Origin: Glaucostegus cemiculus
Lineage: Eukaryota
Assembly: GCA_976551045.1 (NCBI GenBank)
Contig: CDPCPM010000367.1
Span: 4,216,001 to 4,280,000, forward strand
Direction: 5' to 3'
DNA: 64,000 nt
Positions 1-12,300 of this stretch are shown here, piece by piece. The translations under genes were made by a program, and so were the position numbers. A model generated the notes under the pieces. That model saw only the letters and a program-made list of their open reading frames with translations. It did no database searches and was not told the origin of the DNA. How positions within the stretch are numbered: the first letter of the stretch is position 1; every line of letters begins with the position of its first letter.

Positions 1-1860
1 TCTAGAGCTCAGTCTCTCGGCAGCTAAAGACATGATTAGTATCGGATGCTTAAGAAAGCAGAAGTTGAGGAGCTCAGGTGTTTGTAGGACTGGAGGAGAA
101 AACAGATGCAGAGGGGCAAAGCTATGGATGATGTTAAAAATGGAAGTGGTCTTAACTGGCAGCAAATAGAGTTCAACAAGCTAGGATGATGGATAGCAAG
201 GGCAGGTGTGTTGGGTGAACTGGACAGTGTATAGTTGTAGGGTGTTGTAGAATGATAGATATCAGCTGAAAGATACTGGAATAGTCAATCTGAAGATAAC
301 ACAGTTATGGATAAGGATTTCATCAGATGAGGCTGGGCCAGAGTTGGACGATGGTACAAAGATAAACATAGGTGGTCTTAGTGATGACGTTCATGTGTGA
401 TCCAAGACATGTCAGTCCCTCATATGACACAGTTTTTGAACAATCTGGTTCAGTTACAGATACCAGATAGACTTCTGGAGTGTGTGGCAGGACCAGAGTT
501 GGAGGTAACATACTTGATGATAGGCAACCAATTTGACAACTCACGGAGATCGATTGACAAAAGAAATGATGAGGTGAAATGGTACTGGGTGTCATTACTG
601 CATATGTGGAAACTGATTTGTGTTTCCACATTATGTTGCAGAAGTGCAGCATGTAGATGAGAAATACAAGAGGCAAAGGAGAGATCTTCTGGGGAACCCA
701 GAAGTACCTACATAGGAAGTAAACAGAAAAGTCATTGCAAGTACTTCTTTGGTGAGATAAGAATGGAAGGTGGTGACTGGAATTCCACCCAGCTTGAGAT
801 GGTGGAGAAGTGTTGGAGGAGTTTGAAATGGTCAACTCCGACAAAGGCTGCAGACAAGTTGAGTAGAATGAGGAGAATTAGGTTACCTTTGTCATGGTTA
901 CATGGGATGTCATTTATGACTTTACAAGGAACAATTTTCATATAATAGCAGAGGCAGAAACTTGATTGAATGGATTCATACATGGGAGTTCCAGAAAGAT
1001 GAGCATATATTTATAAGATAGCACCTTGTCCAAGGACTCTGGACAGGAAAATCGGAGATGGATTGGTAGATTGCTAAAATGGAGGTGTCATGGATGATAG
1101 CAGGTTTGATGGAGAGGGGTCAGTACCTGAGCAGGAAGAAACAGTAATAACAACAGCTTGCATGGGATCCAATTTACAAAGGGAGGCAACTTGGATGGTC
1201 AGCAGTTTCAAAGGATAAGAGTCAATGAAGCAAGAAATGGGTCTCATGAAGATGTTTAGAGAAGGGTAGAGAGGAGCTAGAAGGGAAGTGTCAGAGGCAT
1301 CAGACTGAATGGCCTCAATTTATGCCAAAAACAAAAATCCACAAAGCTTTGTGCCTTGTGCCACAACACTTGTTGCTGGGCGTGAAGTAACAGGGAAATG
1401 AAGATTACAAAATAGTTTGCAGTAGGGAAGAGAAGCCAGGAATTATCCTTTAAATTTCAAAATGATCCTAGAAGAGTGAACAGATAACAGATAGTGCTTT
1501 ATGTGATCCAACCAGATCTAGTTGCCCTGTGAGCTGACATCTGTTCGAGTCTGCATTCCTTGAATTTAAGAGAGTGGAGAAGAGATTATACCAGGAATTG
1601 ATCAGGATGAGAGAAAATAATGGTTTAATGAAGCTTGAGCATTTTAGGTGGAGGTTAAGGCATGCATGAACAGATCAGTAAATACATAAATGTTGTGATG
1701 AACGAAAGGCCAAAGACCTGGGAGCTGGGATTTTGAAAGTAATGTTGCAAGTAAATTGAGATACTGTGTTTACAAGGCAGACCCAGAGAAAATGGGATTG
1801 GAGAGGAAAGTGGGATTGCAGACCTTGCACATAGTAAGATGGTTGCAGTTTTTGGAAGGG
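1..1860 (-). mobile_element. Highly decayed L2-like LINE remnant
   Basis: Purine-rich, CpG-depleted sequence resembling the antisense strand of chondrichthyan L2/CR1-clade LINEs. No intact ORF; boundaries approximate. Confidence 0.45.
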
Positions 1861-1864
1861 GCAA

Positions 1865-2810
1865 TTATTCTAGTCCCAGGACATCATTGCAAGAGTTCCT
1901 CAGGTTGGTGTCCTAGGACTAGCTATCTTCAGGAACTTCATCAATAACATCCATTCCATTAAAAGGTTAGATGAAGGAATCCCTACTGATAATTGCACGA
2001 TGTTTAATTTCACTTGCAAGCCCTCAACAAATAAAACAGTCCATGCCTCCATGCAGCAAGATCTAGACAGCACTCAGGCATAGACTGATAAGTGGCAAGT
2101 AACATTTGTGTCACAAAAGTGCCAGGCAATGTCCATCTCCAACAAAAGAATGTCTAATCATCTGCTCTTACATTCAATGGCATTATTATTGTCAAAGTGC
2201 TCCACCATCAGCATTCCAGGGATCATCATTACTGGTAACTGGATCAGTCATATAAATACTTTGGTTATAAAAGGAAGTCAAATGCTGGGTATCCTACAGT
2301 GAATGACTCAACCTCCTAACACCCCAAAGTTTTTCCATCATCTGTAAGGAACAAGTCAGGAGTATGGTGGAATATTTTCCACTTGCCTAGACCAAACAAT
2401 TCTCAAGCTGCTTATTACTATCTGAGACAAATTAGCCCACTTAATTGGCATTCCATCAACTATAAGCATTCAGCCCCTATAACACCAGTGCAGTGTCTGC
2501 AGTATGCATCATCTCCAAAATTCACTTTAGTTTCTCATTTAGGACCATGACCGATACCTAGAAGGACAACACATGGGAACACACCATCTGCAGGTTCCCC
2601 TCCAAGTCACATGCTATGCTAATTTGAAAACATATCACCATTCTTTCATCAACAATGGCTCTAATTGCTGGAACTCTATACCTTCCAGCACTGTGGAAGT
2701 ACTTTCACCAGAAGGATGCAACAGTTCAAGAAGGTTACACACTACCAACTTCTCAAGGACAATTACAGATAAGCAATAATGCTGGCCTTGCTTGTGACAG
2801 CCGGGTCCTG
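1865..2810 (+). mobile_element. CR1-type LINE 3' fragment (RT C-terminus and 3' UTR)
   Basis: Decayed CR1 RT motifs (gataagtggcaagtaacattt...aagtgccaggcaatg = DKWQVTF..KCQAM). Typical 3' tail 'tctcaaggacaattacagataagcaataatgctggccttg'. Confidence 0.7.
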
Positions 2811-4944
2811 AAAAATGTGAATAACTGAAAGGTGAAAGGGAAATTAGGTGGAGATAGATGCAAGGAAGTGATCTGAGATAGCTCTTTCTGCAAGATTATT
2901 TATTTTATATTGATTTAGGGAAAATGGTTGCCAATAGCAATAATGGCATTTGTTGTTCATCCTTAATTGCCCTTTGGAAGGTAGTGGTGAACCATCTTCT
3001 CTAACAGCTGTAGTCCTTGTAGTGAAGGAATCCTCATGGTGCTTTTGGGTAGGGAGTTTCAGTAATTGGGTTGAGATGATGGGACTAGCAAGTCTTGGAA
3101 AAAGGTGGTCTTGAAGTGATCGCTAGCTTATAATGTGAGAAATATTACAGGTGAATAGGGTTGGTAGTGAAATCAGTAAGGTATAAAGCCAAAATGTAGG
3201 GAAGGGATTACGTGAAAGAAGGTTGCTATCACCGTGAATGAAAAGTCATTCAGTAAGAGGGAAAGATGGGAAAGCAATGTAGATATCTTGGTGGGTAAAC
3301 TTTTATTGGATTTGTGCTACCAAACATAGGGATTTTAAAATGAAAAACAAGGTGAAGCAAGGTAGATGCTCAAAAGTAGAGAAACTGGCAGATGAAAGCA
3401 AAGCTCCACTTATCCCATGATTGGGCCATACCCTCTCACTCTAAGTGCTGTTTTGAGTGATGACAGATGCATCCATTAAACCTTTCAGATACTCCATTCT
3501 GCTTAAGGTAATATTGTTTTCCCTTAGATGCAGCAACATATTTCTGACATCTGTTTCACAATGTGGGCTGTTGTTGTGCAGTTATTTTGCCTTTAAGTGT
3601 AGGAGACTCAGTTATGTGACAGTGGACAATATGCGGAGCTAGGCGGGGTGAGGGTGGGGGTTGGTTGGTGGGAAGCAAAAGAGGAAATGCACAGCAAATT
3701 ACAGAAACAGACCTTACTTTAGTTTTCTCTGGATACTAATTCTCTAATCAGCTGCATTGGCGCATGAGATTGCTGGTGAGAACATTAACATTGGGTGACA
3801 GTCTGAAATAGGTAGTATCAAGTTAGCCACCCTTGATCAATTTATGGTTCTGTTGAAATCTACAGAAGGGAAAGTTTACTGTGTAGTCATTGAACCAGAA
3901 AACAGAAAACCAGAAGACTATTCGGTGCATGACATAATGGGCTGTTAATTCAATATCATGCACCCTTTCACTCCCTTGTGTCAATTTCTGGTATCATTAA
4001 CCCCTCATATTTCATTCAAAATTATTTAAATCATCATTGAAGACAATCCTGCAAAATTTACCCTGGGCCTCCATGTGTTGCTTGGTGTGTTAATTCACGG
4101 TGTGTTAGTCCACAGTGTGACATTCTAGGGAGTGATACAAGCAAAGATGGAGTTAAAGTGAATGTTTAGACTTGTTAGTACATTTTTATTATACATTATT
4201 TCATATTTGTCACTTAAACAGGTTTTAAATATTTACAAGCCAATGAATGTTCAATTTTAAATGCAGTCTACTGTAGTAATGAGAGTAATCGAAAGTATCC
4301 AGCCATATCATTAGGCCTTAGCATGCTCACTTGACATGAATCAAGGGCTCTACTGGCTCATGGTTAGTGGCTGTTTACATAATTTTGCCATCTGCATCTA
4401 TTACACCTGTAGTGAAGTTCCAAATACCAGTGGTTGGTAAGTTTCACTACTACCCTGAAGTATTATGTGTGGAGCCTATTTCTGACTAAGTTCTGCTCAC
4501 AGATATCTGGTAGCTGATCTATGAGTATTTTCATCCACTTTCTTCTTGAAATGCATGACAACATCCTTAAATACTGTATTTTTCAAAGGATGTTATTGCT
4601 GACTATTGTACACCCACTCTTTAAGCCACTTTGAGGGTTACTAAATGAATGGTGTTGAATTGGTCTGATAATATGAAGCTCCTGGAAAATTTGAACAAGT
4701 CATGAATTCCAATTAAATGCTTTTCCACATTTGCAAGTTGCACTGTTAATATGCCCTGGATTGAAGGAGCAGCATCCACATGATGGAATTAAATGGTTGC
4801 ACATTTTGGGAGGATTTTGAATGACTGAGATATATTGGCAAGTACTTAGAGATGCCATTGCATCAGGACCACTGAATCAGCCTCAATGTGATTCGGCACT
4901 TGAAATTTATATCTAAAATACATCCACTTTACTAAATGCAGTGT

Positions 4945-5240
4945 TTAAAATAAGACATCTTTATTAGTCACATATACATCAAAACACCCAGTGAAATGCA
5001 TCTTTTGTGTAGGGTGTTCTGGGGACAGCCTGCAAGTGTCACCAAGCTTCTGGCGCCAACATAGCATGCCCACAACTTCCTGACCTGTATGTACATCTTT
5101 AGAATATGGGAGGAAACTGGAGCACCCAGAGCAAACCCACACAGACACGGGAAGAACATACAAACTCCTTACAGACAGTGGTGGGAATTGAACTCAGGTC
5201 TCTAGCACTGTAATAATGTTACGCTAACCGCTACACTACC
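4945..5240 (-). mobile_element. tRNA-derived V-SINE, near full length
   Basis: The reverse complement shows a tRNA-like head with A/B boxes (ggtagtgtagcggttagcg...gagttcaattccc) and the V-domain (gtgtgggtttgctctgggtgctccagtttcctcccatattctaaaga). Near-identical family copy at 40639-40933. Confidence 0.85.
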
Positions 5241-5459
5241 AGTTTTGTGCACATTTTCTCCTTCATTTCTGTTATCTACTGCAACTTAGCCAGCTATTAT
5301 TAATACCAATAAACATTACTGCCCATTTCTAAAGCTGTTATTTTAATTCCTACCCAAATATAAATTCTGTGCTGGTATTTTCATTAGGTATTTTCCATAA
5401 CTTTCAGTTTTATTCACAATCCTCCAATAATGAAACAACCTATGTCAGCCTCCAGCAGG

Positions 5460-6160
5460 ACCTAATAATATCTAGGTTAGGACTAACAAGCAGTTGATCA
5501 TTTTCACACCATCAATGTATCAAGCATTGGCCAGTTCTATCAAGTGAAATAACACCCATTTTGCAATGACATTCAACTGCTCCACCATCAATGAGACACC
5601 CATGAATAATACTTTAGAATTCAAAATAAATGAAAAACTACATTAAATTAGTTACATTCATAGTACAACTACAAAAGTAGAGCAAAGCTCTACAAATCAA
5701 TAGCTCCCCTCAAAGCCAACTCACCTTATTCAAGAATGAAGAAATATTGAGCAGTCATGTAGACATGCAAAAATTACCATATTTGAGAAGTTTGACATGA
5801 CCCAAGTCAGAACAGTTCACTTAATCAGTAGACTGATACCAAAGTCAATATGCACCTCCACCATCAATAATACCGTAACTTACAAGTTGTGCAAAAAATG
5901 TTACTCAGTTGGTGTATTTATATAGCATCTATCCTGCAATCTCTTGCAGAAACATCATTACTGATATGATTCCCACCAAGTTATCAACTATCCTGATCAG
6001 GACATGCAATTCTTCATCTTGCTGGGTCAATATCCTAGAGTTTCTTACCCTTTGTGGGGTCCCCGTCATCACAGGACTGTGGCAGTTCAAAAAGCATCAA
6101 CCCCACCATCTTAGGGGCTGTAAGTGGGGGAAAATAAATCAACCTGTTTCACTGAGATTC
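5460..6160 (+). mobile_element. Very old CR1 3' remnant
   Basis: Degenerate similarity to the element at 1865-2810, including the 3' tail 'ggcagttcaaaaagc...caccatcttaggggc'. Confidence 0.45.
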
Positions 6161-6214
6161 CAAGAGATAAAGAACAAAAATCTTGTTTTACTTAGCAATT
6201 GAAAATCAAAACAA

Positions 6215-6460
6215 AATCATTCAGAAGCTAGAAATCTGAAATAAAAACATAGAAGGATGGGATGTTCAGCAGGTCAAGCAGCTCTGTGGAGAAAGAAGCA
6301 GAGTTAACATATCAGAATGATGACTTTTCATCAGAATGAAGACTCTACTACATTTCATTTTCATCCAGAAAGGTCGTGCACCTGAAACTAACTCTGTTTC
6401 TCTCTCCACAGATGCTGCTTGGCCTTTTGTGTGTCCCCAGCATTGTCTGGTTTTACTTTT
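6215..6460. repeat. Short palindromic non-autonomous repeat related to Penelope termini
   Basis: Arm 'cagcaggtcaagcagctctgtggagaaagaagcagagtta' is answered in reverse by 'taactctgtttctctctccacagatgctgc'. Related copies at ~15950-16050, 22960-23190, 47570-47670 and 61270-61350. Confidence 0.65.
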
Positions 6461-7049
6461 TCCAAGGTTATGAAATCCCTTGAAGATTCTGAGATATAAA
6501 CCTGTATTCATCCTTGCATAACAAAAAACCATGCATGCTTTGTTAGTAATACATGTCTTGACCACCAAAACAATTATTTACAATGTTGCATTATAGTTGT
6601 TATTCACAATCTGGCCTGAAAATCTCTCTCTCCATCCATTTTGCAATATACCGCATAACTATTACTTTCTGCTGCATTAATGTGCTTCTAATTTTATGGC
6701 ATTAATATGCCTCACTAGCTGTTTGAAAAACATTCAATCATATCACAACTACATCATGATGACGAGCTTGTTTTTCTAATTCTTGTGTCTAAAGTATATA
6801 CTGAGGAATGACTTGTTTCAAGACTGCATTTCAAATATCATTTCATATATAACCACATAAATCAAATTATTCAGCATGAAAGTTGGAAAATATGGAGCTA
6901 ACTTTAGCTTTTACTGTCTTACCTGAAATGAGCTCTCTCTCTCTCTCTCCCTCCCTCTCTCCATTCGACAACATACAGCAACATTTTGGCCTGAATCTGA
7001 AGTTTTCCTAAAATGAAAGAAATAGACCAAGTGATTTTGGAGCAATGAA

Positions 7050-8670
7050 CATAAAATGTCAGAGGAACTCAGCAGGTCAGGAAGCATCTGGAGGGAGATG
7101 AACAGTGGACATTTCGGGCCAAGACCATTCATCAGGACTGGAAAGGAAGAGGATAGCAGCCAGATTAAAAGGGGAGGGGAGGGGAGGGGAGGGGGAAGAG
7201 CACAAACTGGCAGGTGATGGGCAGGTCCAGGTAATGGGGGAAGGTTTGTAGGTGGAGGAGGTGGGTTGAAAGGGAATGATGAGAAGCTGGGAAGTGATAG
7301 GTGGAAGAGGCAAAGAGCTGAAGGAGGAATCTGATAGGAAAGGACAGTAGGCCATGGAATAAAGGGGAGAAAGTAGGCAGGTCATGAGAGTGAGGGAGGG
7401 GATAGAGAAGGGGCCATAGAAATGAGGGAAATCAAGGGGGGGAGGAGAGGGGGAGGGGGGGAGGAGAGGGGGGGGGGAGGGGGGGGAGGGGGGGGGAGGG
7501 GGGAGGGGGGGGAGGGGGGGAGGGGGAGGGGGAGGGGGGGGGGGGNNNNNNNNNNNNNNNNNNNNNNNNNNNNNNNNNNNNNNNNNNNNNNNNNNNNNNN
7601 NNNNNNNNNNNNNNNNNNNNNNNNNNNNNNNNNNNNNNNNNNNNNNNNNNNNNNNNNNNNNNNNNNNNNNNNNNNNNNNNNNNNNNNNNNNNNNNNNNNN
7701 NNNNNNNNNNNNNNNNNNNNNNNNNNNNNNNNNNNNNNNNNNNNNNNNNNNNNNNNNNNNNNNNNNNNNNNNNNNNNNNNNNNNNNNNNNNNNNNNNNNN
7801 NNNNNNNNNNNNNNNNNNNNNNNNNNNNNNNNNNNNNNNNNNNNNNNNNNNNNNNNNNNNNNNNNNNNNNNNNNNNNNNNNNNNNNNNNNNNNNNNNNNN
7901 NNNNNNNNNNNNNNNNNNNNNNNNNNNNNNNNNNNNNNNNNNNNNNNNNNNNNNNNNNNNNNNNNNNNNNNNNNNNNNNNNNNNNNNNNNNNNNNNNNNN
8001 NNNNNNNNNNNNNNNNNNNNNNNNNNNNNNNNNNNNNNNNNNNNNNNNNNNNNNNNNNNNNNNNNNNNNNNNNNNNAAGGTGGGGAAGAAAACCAAAGGG
8101 GAAGAAGGAAATCCAAAGGAGGGGAAGGGAAACAGAGGGGAGTGGTTACCAGTAGTTAGAGAAATCAATGTTGATGCTATCAGGTTGGAGATTACCAAGG
8201 AGGAATATGAGGTGTTGCTCCTCCAATGCCTGTCTGGCCTCAATGTGGCAGTAGAAGAGGCCACGGTTAGACATGTCAGTATGGGAATGAGAAGTGGAAT
8301 TAAAATGGCTGGCCACAGGGAGATTCTGGCTGTTGTGTCGGACAGAGTGAAGGTGCTTGATGAAGCAGTCCCCCAGTCTGTATCGGGTCTCACTGATGTA
8401 GAGGAGGCTGCACCGGATGGATTCACATGTGAAGTGCTGCCTCACCTGGAAGGACTGCTTAGGGCCCTGAATAGTGGTGAGGGAGGAGGTGTAGGGGCAG
8501 GTGTGACATTTTGCATGGCTGCAGAGTTAAGTGCCTGGAGGGTGATCATTGGGGAGGGATGAGCAGGCAAGGGAATCATGGAGAGAGCGATACCATCTGT
8601 ACAAAGTGAAGATGGGAGGGGGAGGGAAGATGTGCCTGGTGCTGGGATCTCATTGGAACTCCAAAGTGTC
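7050..8670 (-). mobile_element. Penelope-like retroelement fragment with GIY-YIG endonuclease, interrupted by an assembly gap
   Basis: ORF 8146-8445(-) reads 'RCSLLYISETRYRLGDCFIKHLHSV...PVASHFNSTSHS...LEEQHLIFLLGNLQPDSINIDF', the Penelope GIY-YIG domain. Terminal repeat-type sequence at 7050-7430. Confidence 0.85.
7546..8076. other. Assembly gap (N run) preceded by a G-rich low-complexity tract (7436-7545)
   Basis: Seen directly in the sequence. Confidence 1.
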
Positions 8671-8929
8671 TCCAAGGTGATTTTGGAGCAAACTGCACAA
8701 AACAGTCATTGAAAGGTCATAGTTATATCTAAGAGATAATTATTGCCATGCCAAAATTTCATTATAAATTAACTTGACATAATTTTGTCTATCTGATAGG
8801 TTATTTATTCAAGGTAAGAAGTTCCAATTTAGTCAAGTTTCAAACCCCTATATTTAGTCTATCACAAAGGATGACTGTGTTCTTTATAAACGTTGTCCAT
8901 TTCTGTCTGTACTTATGTCAATCTCTATT

Positions 8930-9350
8930 GAAATTTCATGCTTGCCTTTCTTACATCCAGGATCAAATTTGTCTCTCAAAGCTGCTCTACACAAACTTGA
9001 ATTCATCTCTTGTTTTGTTATTCACATCCATTCCATACTGATTCCTGATCGTATATCTTCCTGATATGGATCACCATTCTAAATGCATTTTGTAATTCTT
9101 TAACAGGTATCATCATGGCCTTGCTTTATACTCTCTCAGAAACCTACCCTAGGCCTATGTCCCAGTGCAAACCACCATTCTTCCAGGTTGGGTTCTCTCT
9201 CATCCCTTTGCTCCACTATCAGAGTTTGGGACATCAGTGATTATGCCCTGCACATGGGGACTTCCCTGAGGCCCTCTGCCATTTTTACCTTCAAGAGCCT
9301 GGAGAAAACTTTATTCCTGCACCTCAATCAGTTCTTCATACACTCCTGTC
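8930..9350 (+). mobile_element. L2 LINE 3' remnant
   Basis: Degenerate similarity to the L2 3' end at 23340-23780. Confidence 0.4.
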
Positions 9351-12300
9351 TCCATCAGCTCAACAGCAGATTTCCCCCAACTTTTGACTGAATTAATAGT
9401 CACTGGGCAAACGCTACCATGAGATCGATTGTATTCAATACTCTAACTGCAAAATTGTCCAAAAATATTATATTTCCTTGTTTAATTGGTACATGAACTA
9501 GTCTACACGAAATATTGCAGCATAAGAAAACTTGATGGGTCAAATTAATCTTAATGCTAAAAAAATACAGGCACCTTCAGATGGTTCAGTATTTTGAAAC
9601 ATTGTATCCACATTTAAGCGCATTGTTGCTCCGAACATTGTGAATTCATATACTGTTGTACAGGTTTCAACATTCGGTTTACTTATTAAACTGAAGCATG
9701 CCTAACTGCAAAGAAAAACTGTAATGCACGATTTGATTAACGTAAATTTCTTCCAAAGTCTTGACTAAAATCCTCCATTATTCTCCATCACCAAAATAAT
9801 TACGCAACTATTTGTTTGATTTCTTTTTCGGGGACTTTGATACATCCTCATGCATTTACCTTTAAAACAATAGTGATTGCTTTTTGGAAGGTCGTGCCTC
9901 ACTCGTAGATAACTCGGAAATGTGTTGAGAACATGAAGAGTTGGATTTAACAAAAATGACACGTAATTCGCAATAAATTAATACTACCCGAGTACAGCAC
10001 TTGATGAATATTCTGACGCCAATGGATAAGTCCTGTTTCCAAAACTGTGCAAAATATTTGTTGGAATCTAAATACTTCTTGAAATCTCCATTTTAAAAAA
10101 GGCGTGGTATCCAGTCTCCGTTCACTTGTTGTGATTGCGGTGGTACCCTATAAATTACCGTGAGGTGTGTTGAGCGTTACTTTAAAAACTATCCAAATAT
10201 TTAGGTGTTATACCTTTTTTTCATAATTCGCATCATTTACGAAGATATTTTGAAATTAAGTGTATAAATTTTATCTGGCAATGTTCATTCAAGTTTTCAA
10301 ATATACTGGATTGAATGACCTTTAAATGCCGGACACTTTATTTCTTTAAAAAAAAAGCATTGCAATACAGATATAAAATTAATTAAAACACTTAATTTTT
10401 CACATAGCAAATTAATATTTAAAGAAAAGTCTGTACTGTTGCGATAGGACTAACTTAGCCCGACAAGACCCCAATTACTCTGCCTGGTCAGAACACGAGA
10501 TTCATCCGCTTTGGGCAGGTGCCTTCCAATTATGTTTAAAGCTCTTCTCCCTGGAGTTAATTGTTGAGAAGGTGAACAGCAGCGGCCGTGTACATAAATA
10601 CTTAAACAATTACTATTTTATTCCGTCGTTTTGCCACGTTCAGACATGGACTAATGCAATGTAGTGAAGTGTTGGATGCAATAAGTAACCCAACGTTTAG
10701 GGAAATCTAACGTGAAATCATATTAACTGCAAAGTAGCTCTGTAAATTGAGTATTAATTAGACTACGCCATAAGATAGAGGACTCGACGCTGCATAACTG
10801 CATTGTGTTTCACTCCACCTTGTTCCAAAATCTAAACAACAAATGTTATGCAACCTGCAGTAATACATTACAAACCGCTTGCTTTTCATTTGCACTGTTC
10901 CTTGAGGCCAGTTAAGCAGATATTTTAATGTGATCTTATAACCACCTAATTACTGTAGAAATTAATTATTAGGATATGTTACTTTATTATGCTAATAATT
11001 CAGACCTGAAACCTAATTTGTTCCTTATTTACGCCAAAAAGTTTATAAAAACATTTTTGATTGAATTTCCAGACTATCATCTCGATCAAAAAAACATAGC
11101 AGGTGGAAAATTACAATTAACTGTGTATTTTATTGCACAAAATACATGCAAGATAAAACACAAGTGGTTAATAGATAATAGGGAGAACATAAAATAGCAT
11201 ATGATGTAAATTTTGAGGCTGTTTTTCAAAATGTGAAACTAATAACTGTCGTGCCAAACGGATTCAACAGATTGTCGAACGGAAGTTGAACGGAAACAAT
11301 CAGTTTTGTAGTGAGTTGATGTGGAAATCTGTGGAAAGAAATCACTGTGTCTGAATGAAACCGCAAGCCGTGGACCTTTGAATGTATACTAAGAAGTTCC
11401 CTATTACACAGAAGCAGGATATTGGAATGATCAACGACCGGTTGTCCAAACAGGACACAGAAAATCCTTTATTCTCAGAGGAACATCTATCTGTTTGCTG
11501 TGTCAAACGTAACAGCCCCATAGGTACACATATGGTTTACTGCCTTAGACAATCTGAAGGCTGTTTTTTTTAAAGAAAAAAGTTCATTAATATAAAATAG
11601 TCCAGATATGTTAAAGAAAATGTCAAGAACTAATGGAACAGTTCAATATTAGGAAACGTTTATTTGACTCATTGTCCGATGAAACAACATTATTATATAT
11701 TGACAAAAAGACAGCGTGGACAATAACCATAACTCTCTGTAAGGGAAAAGAAAAGTTCCGTACAGAAACACTGCTAAAAAGTACAAACATTGATGCAATC
11801 TCTGCAGTTAATATATAATCGCACAGGTCACAGTTAAACATCCAATTATCAATTTACCTGATTAGATTTCGATAAAAGCAGCATGGACAATAAAAAAAAG
11901 TGCAATAATCGTATAGTGATACAAGTACTTTAGCAGTAAAAACCCTTCCCATTCTAACATTCTACTTCTTTAAATGGGTAAATTGTGAAATAAATATTGC
12001 TGTAGTTATCTGTTATGTTCCACTTTTATTGTCCTTTATAGTCCCAAATGGTTAAAATAAATTTCAATTCAAACACAACTCTGTTGTACCACGAGCAAAA
12101 TGATTGCATTAATCTAGCGCTGTGGTGAAGTGAATGGGACAGGCAGAGCCTCCAGTTTCATTTTTTAAAAACCTAATTGTAATTCACTTCTATCTACCCC
12201 ATTTACCATCTTCTCGTATTTCCGTACAGTCCAACCATAGAAGCGCCTTGAGGCGTCTTGGGGCCGTAAAGACACTATGTAAATGCAAGGCCTTTCTTCA

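Noticed and set aside
3718-3802. - strand segment bounded by tttcag and gtaagg, a possible exon
   Set aside because: All three frames contain stops and there is no homology; a non-coding exon cannot be supported from sequence alone.
4081-4120. Short spaced repeats (ggtgtgtta...) as a CRISPR-like array
   Set aside because: Only 2-3 degenerate tandem 16-mers in a vertebrate genome, with no spacers or cas genes.
7077-8426. Long ORFs of 244-449 aa
   Set aside because: They are artefacts of reading through the N gap and G-rich tract inside a Penelope fragment.
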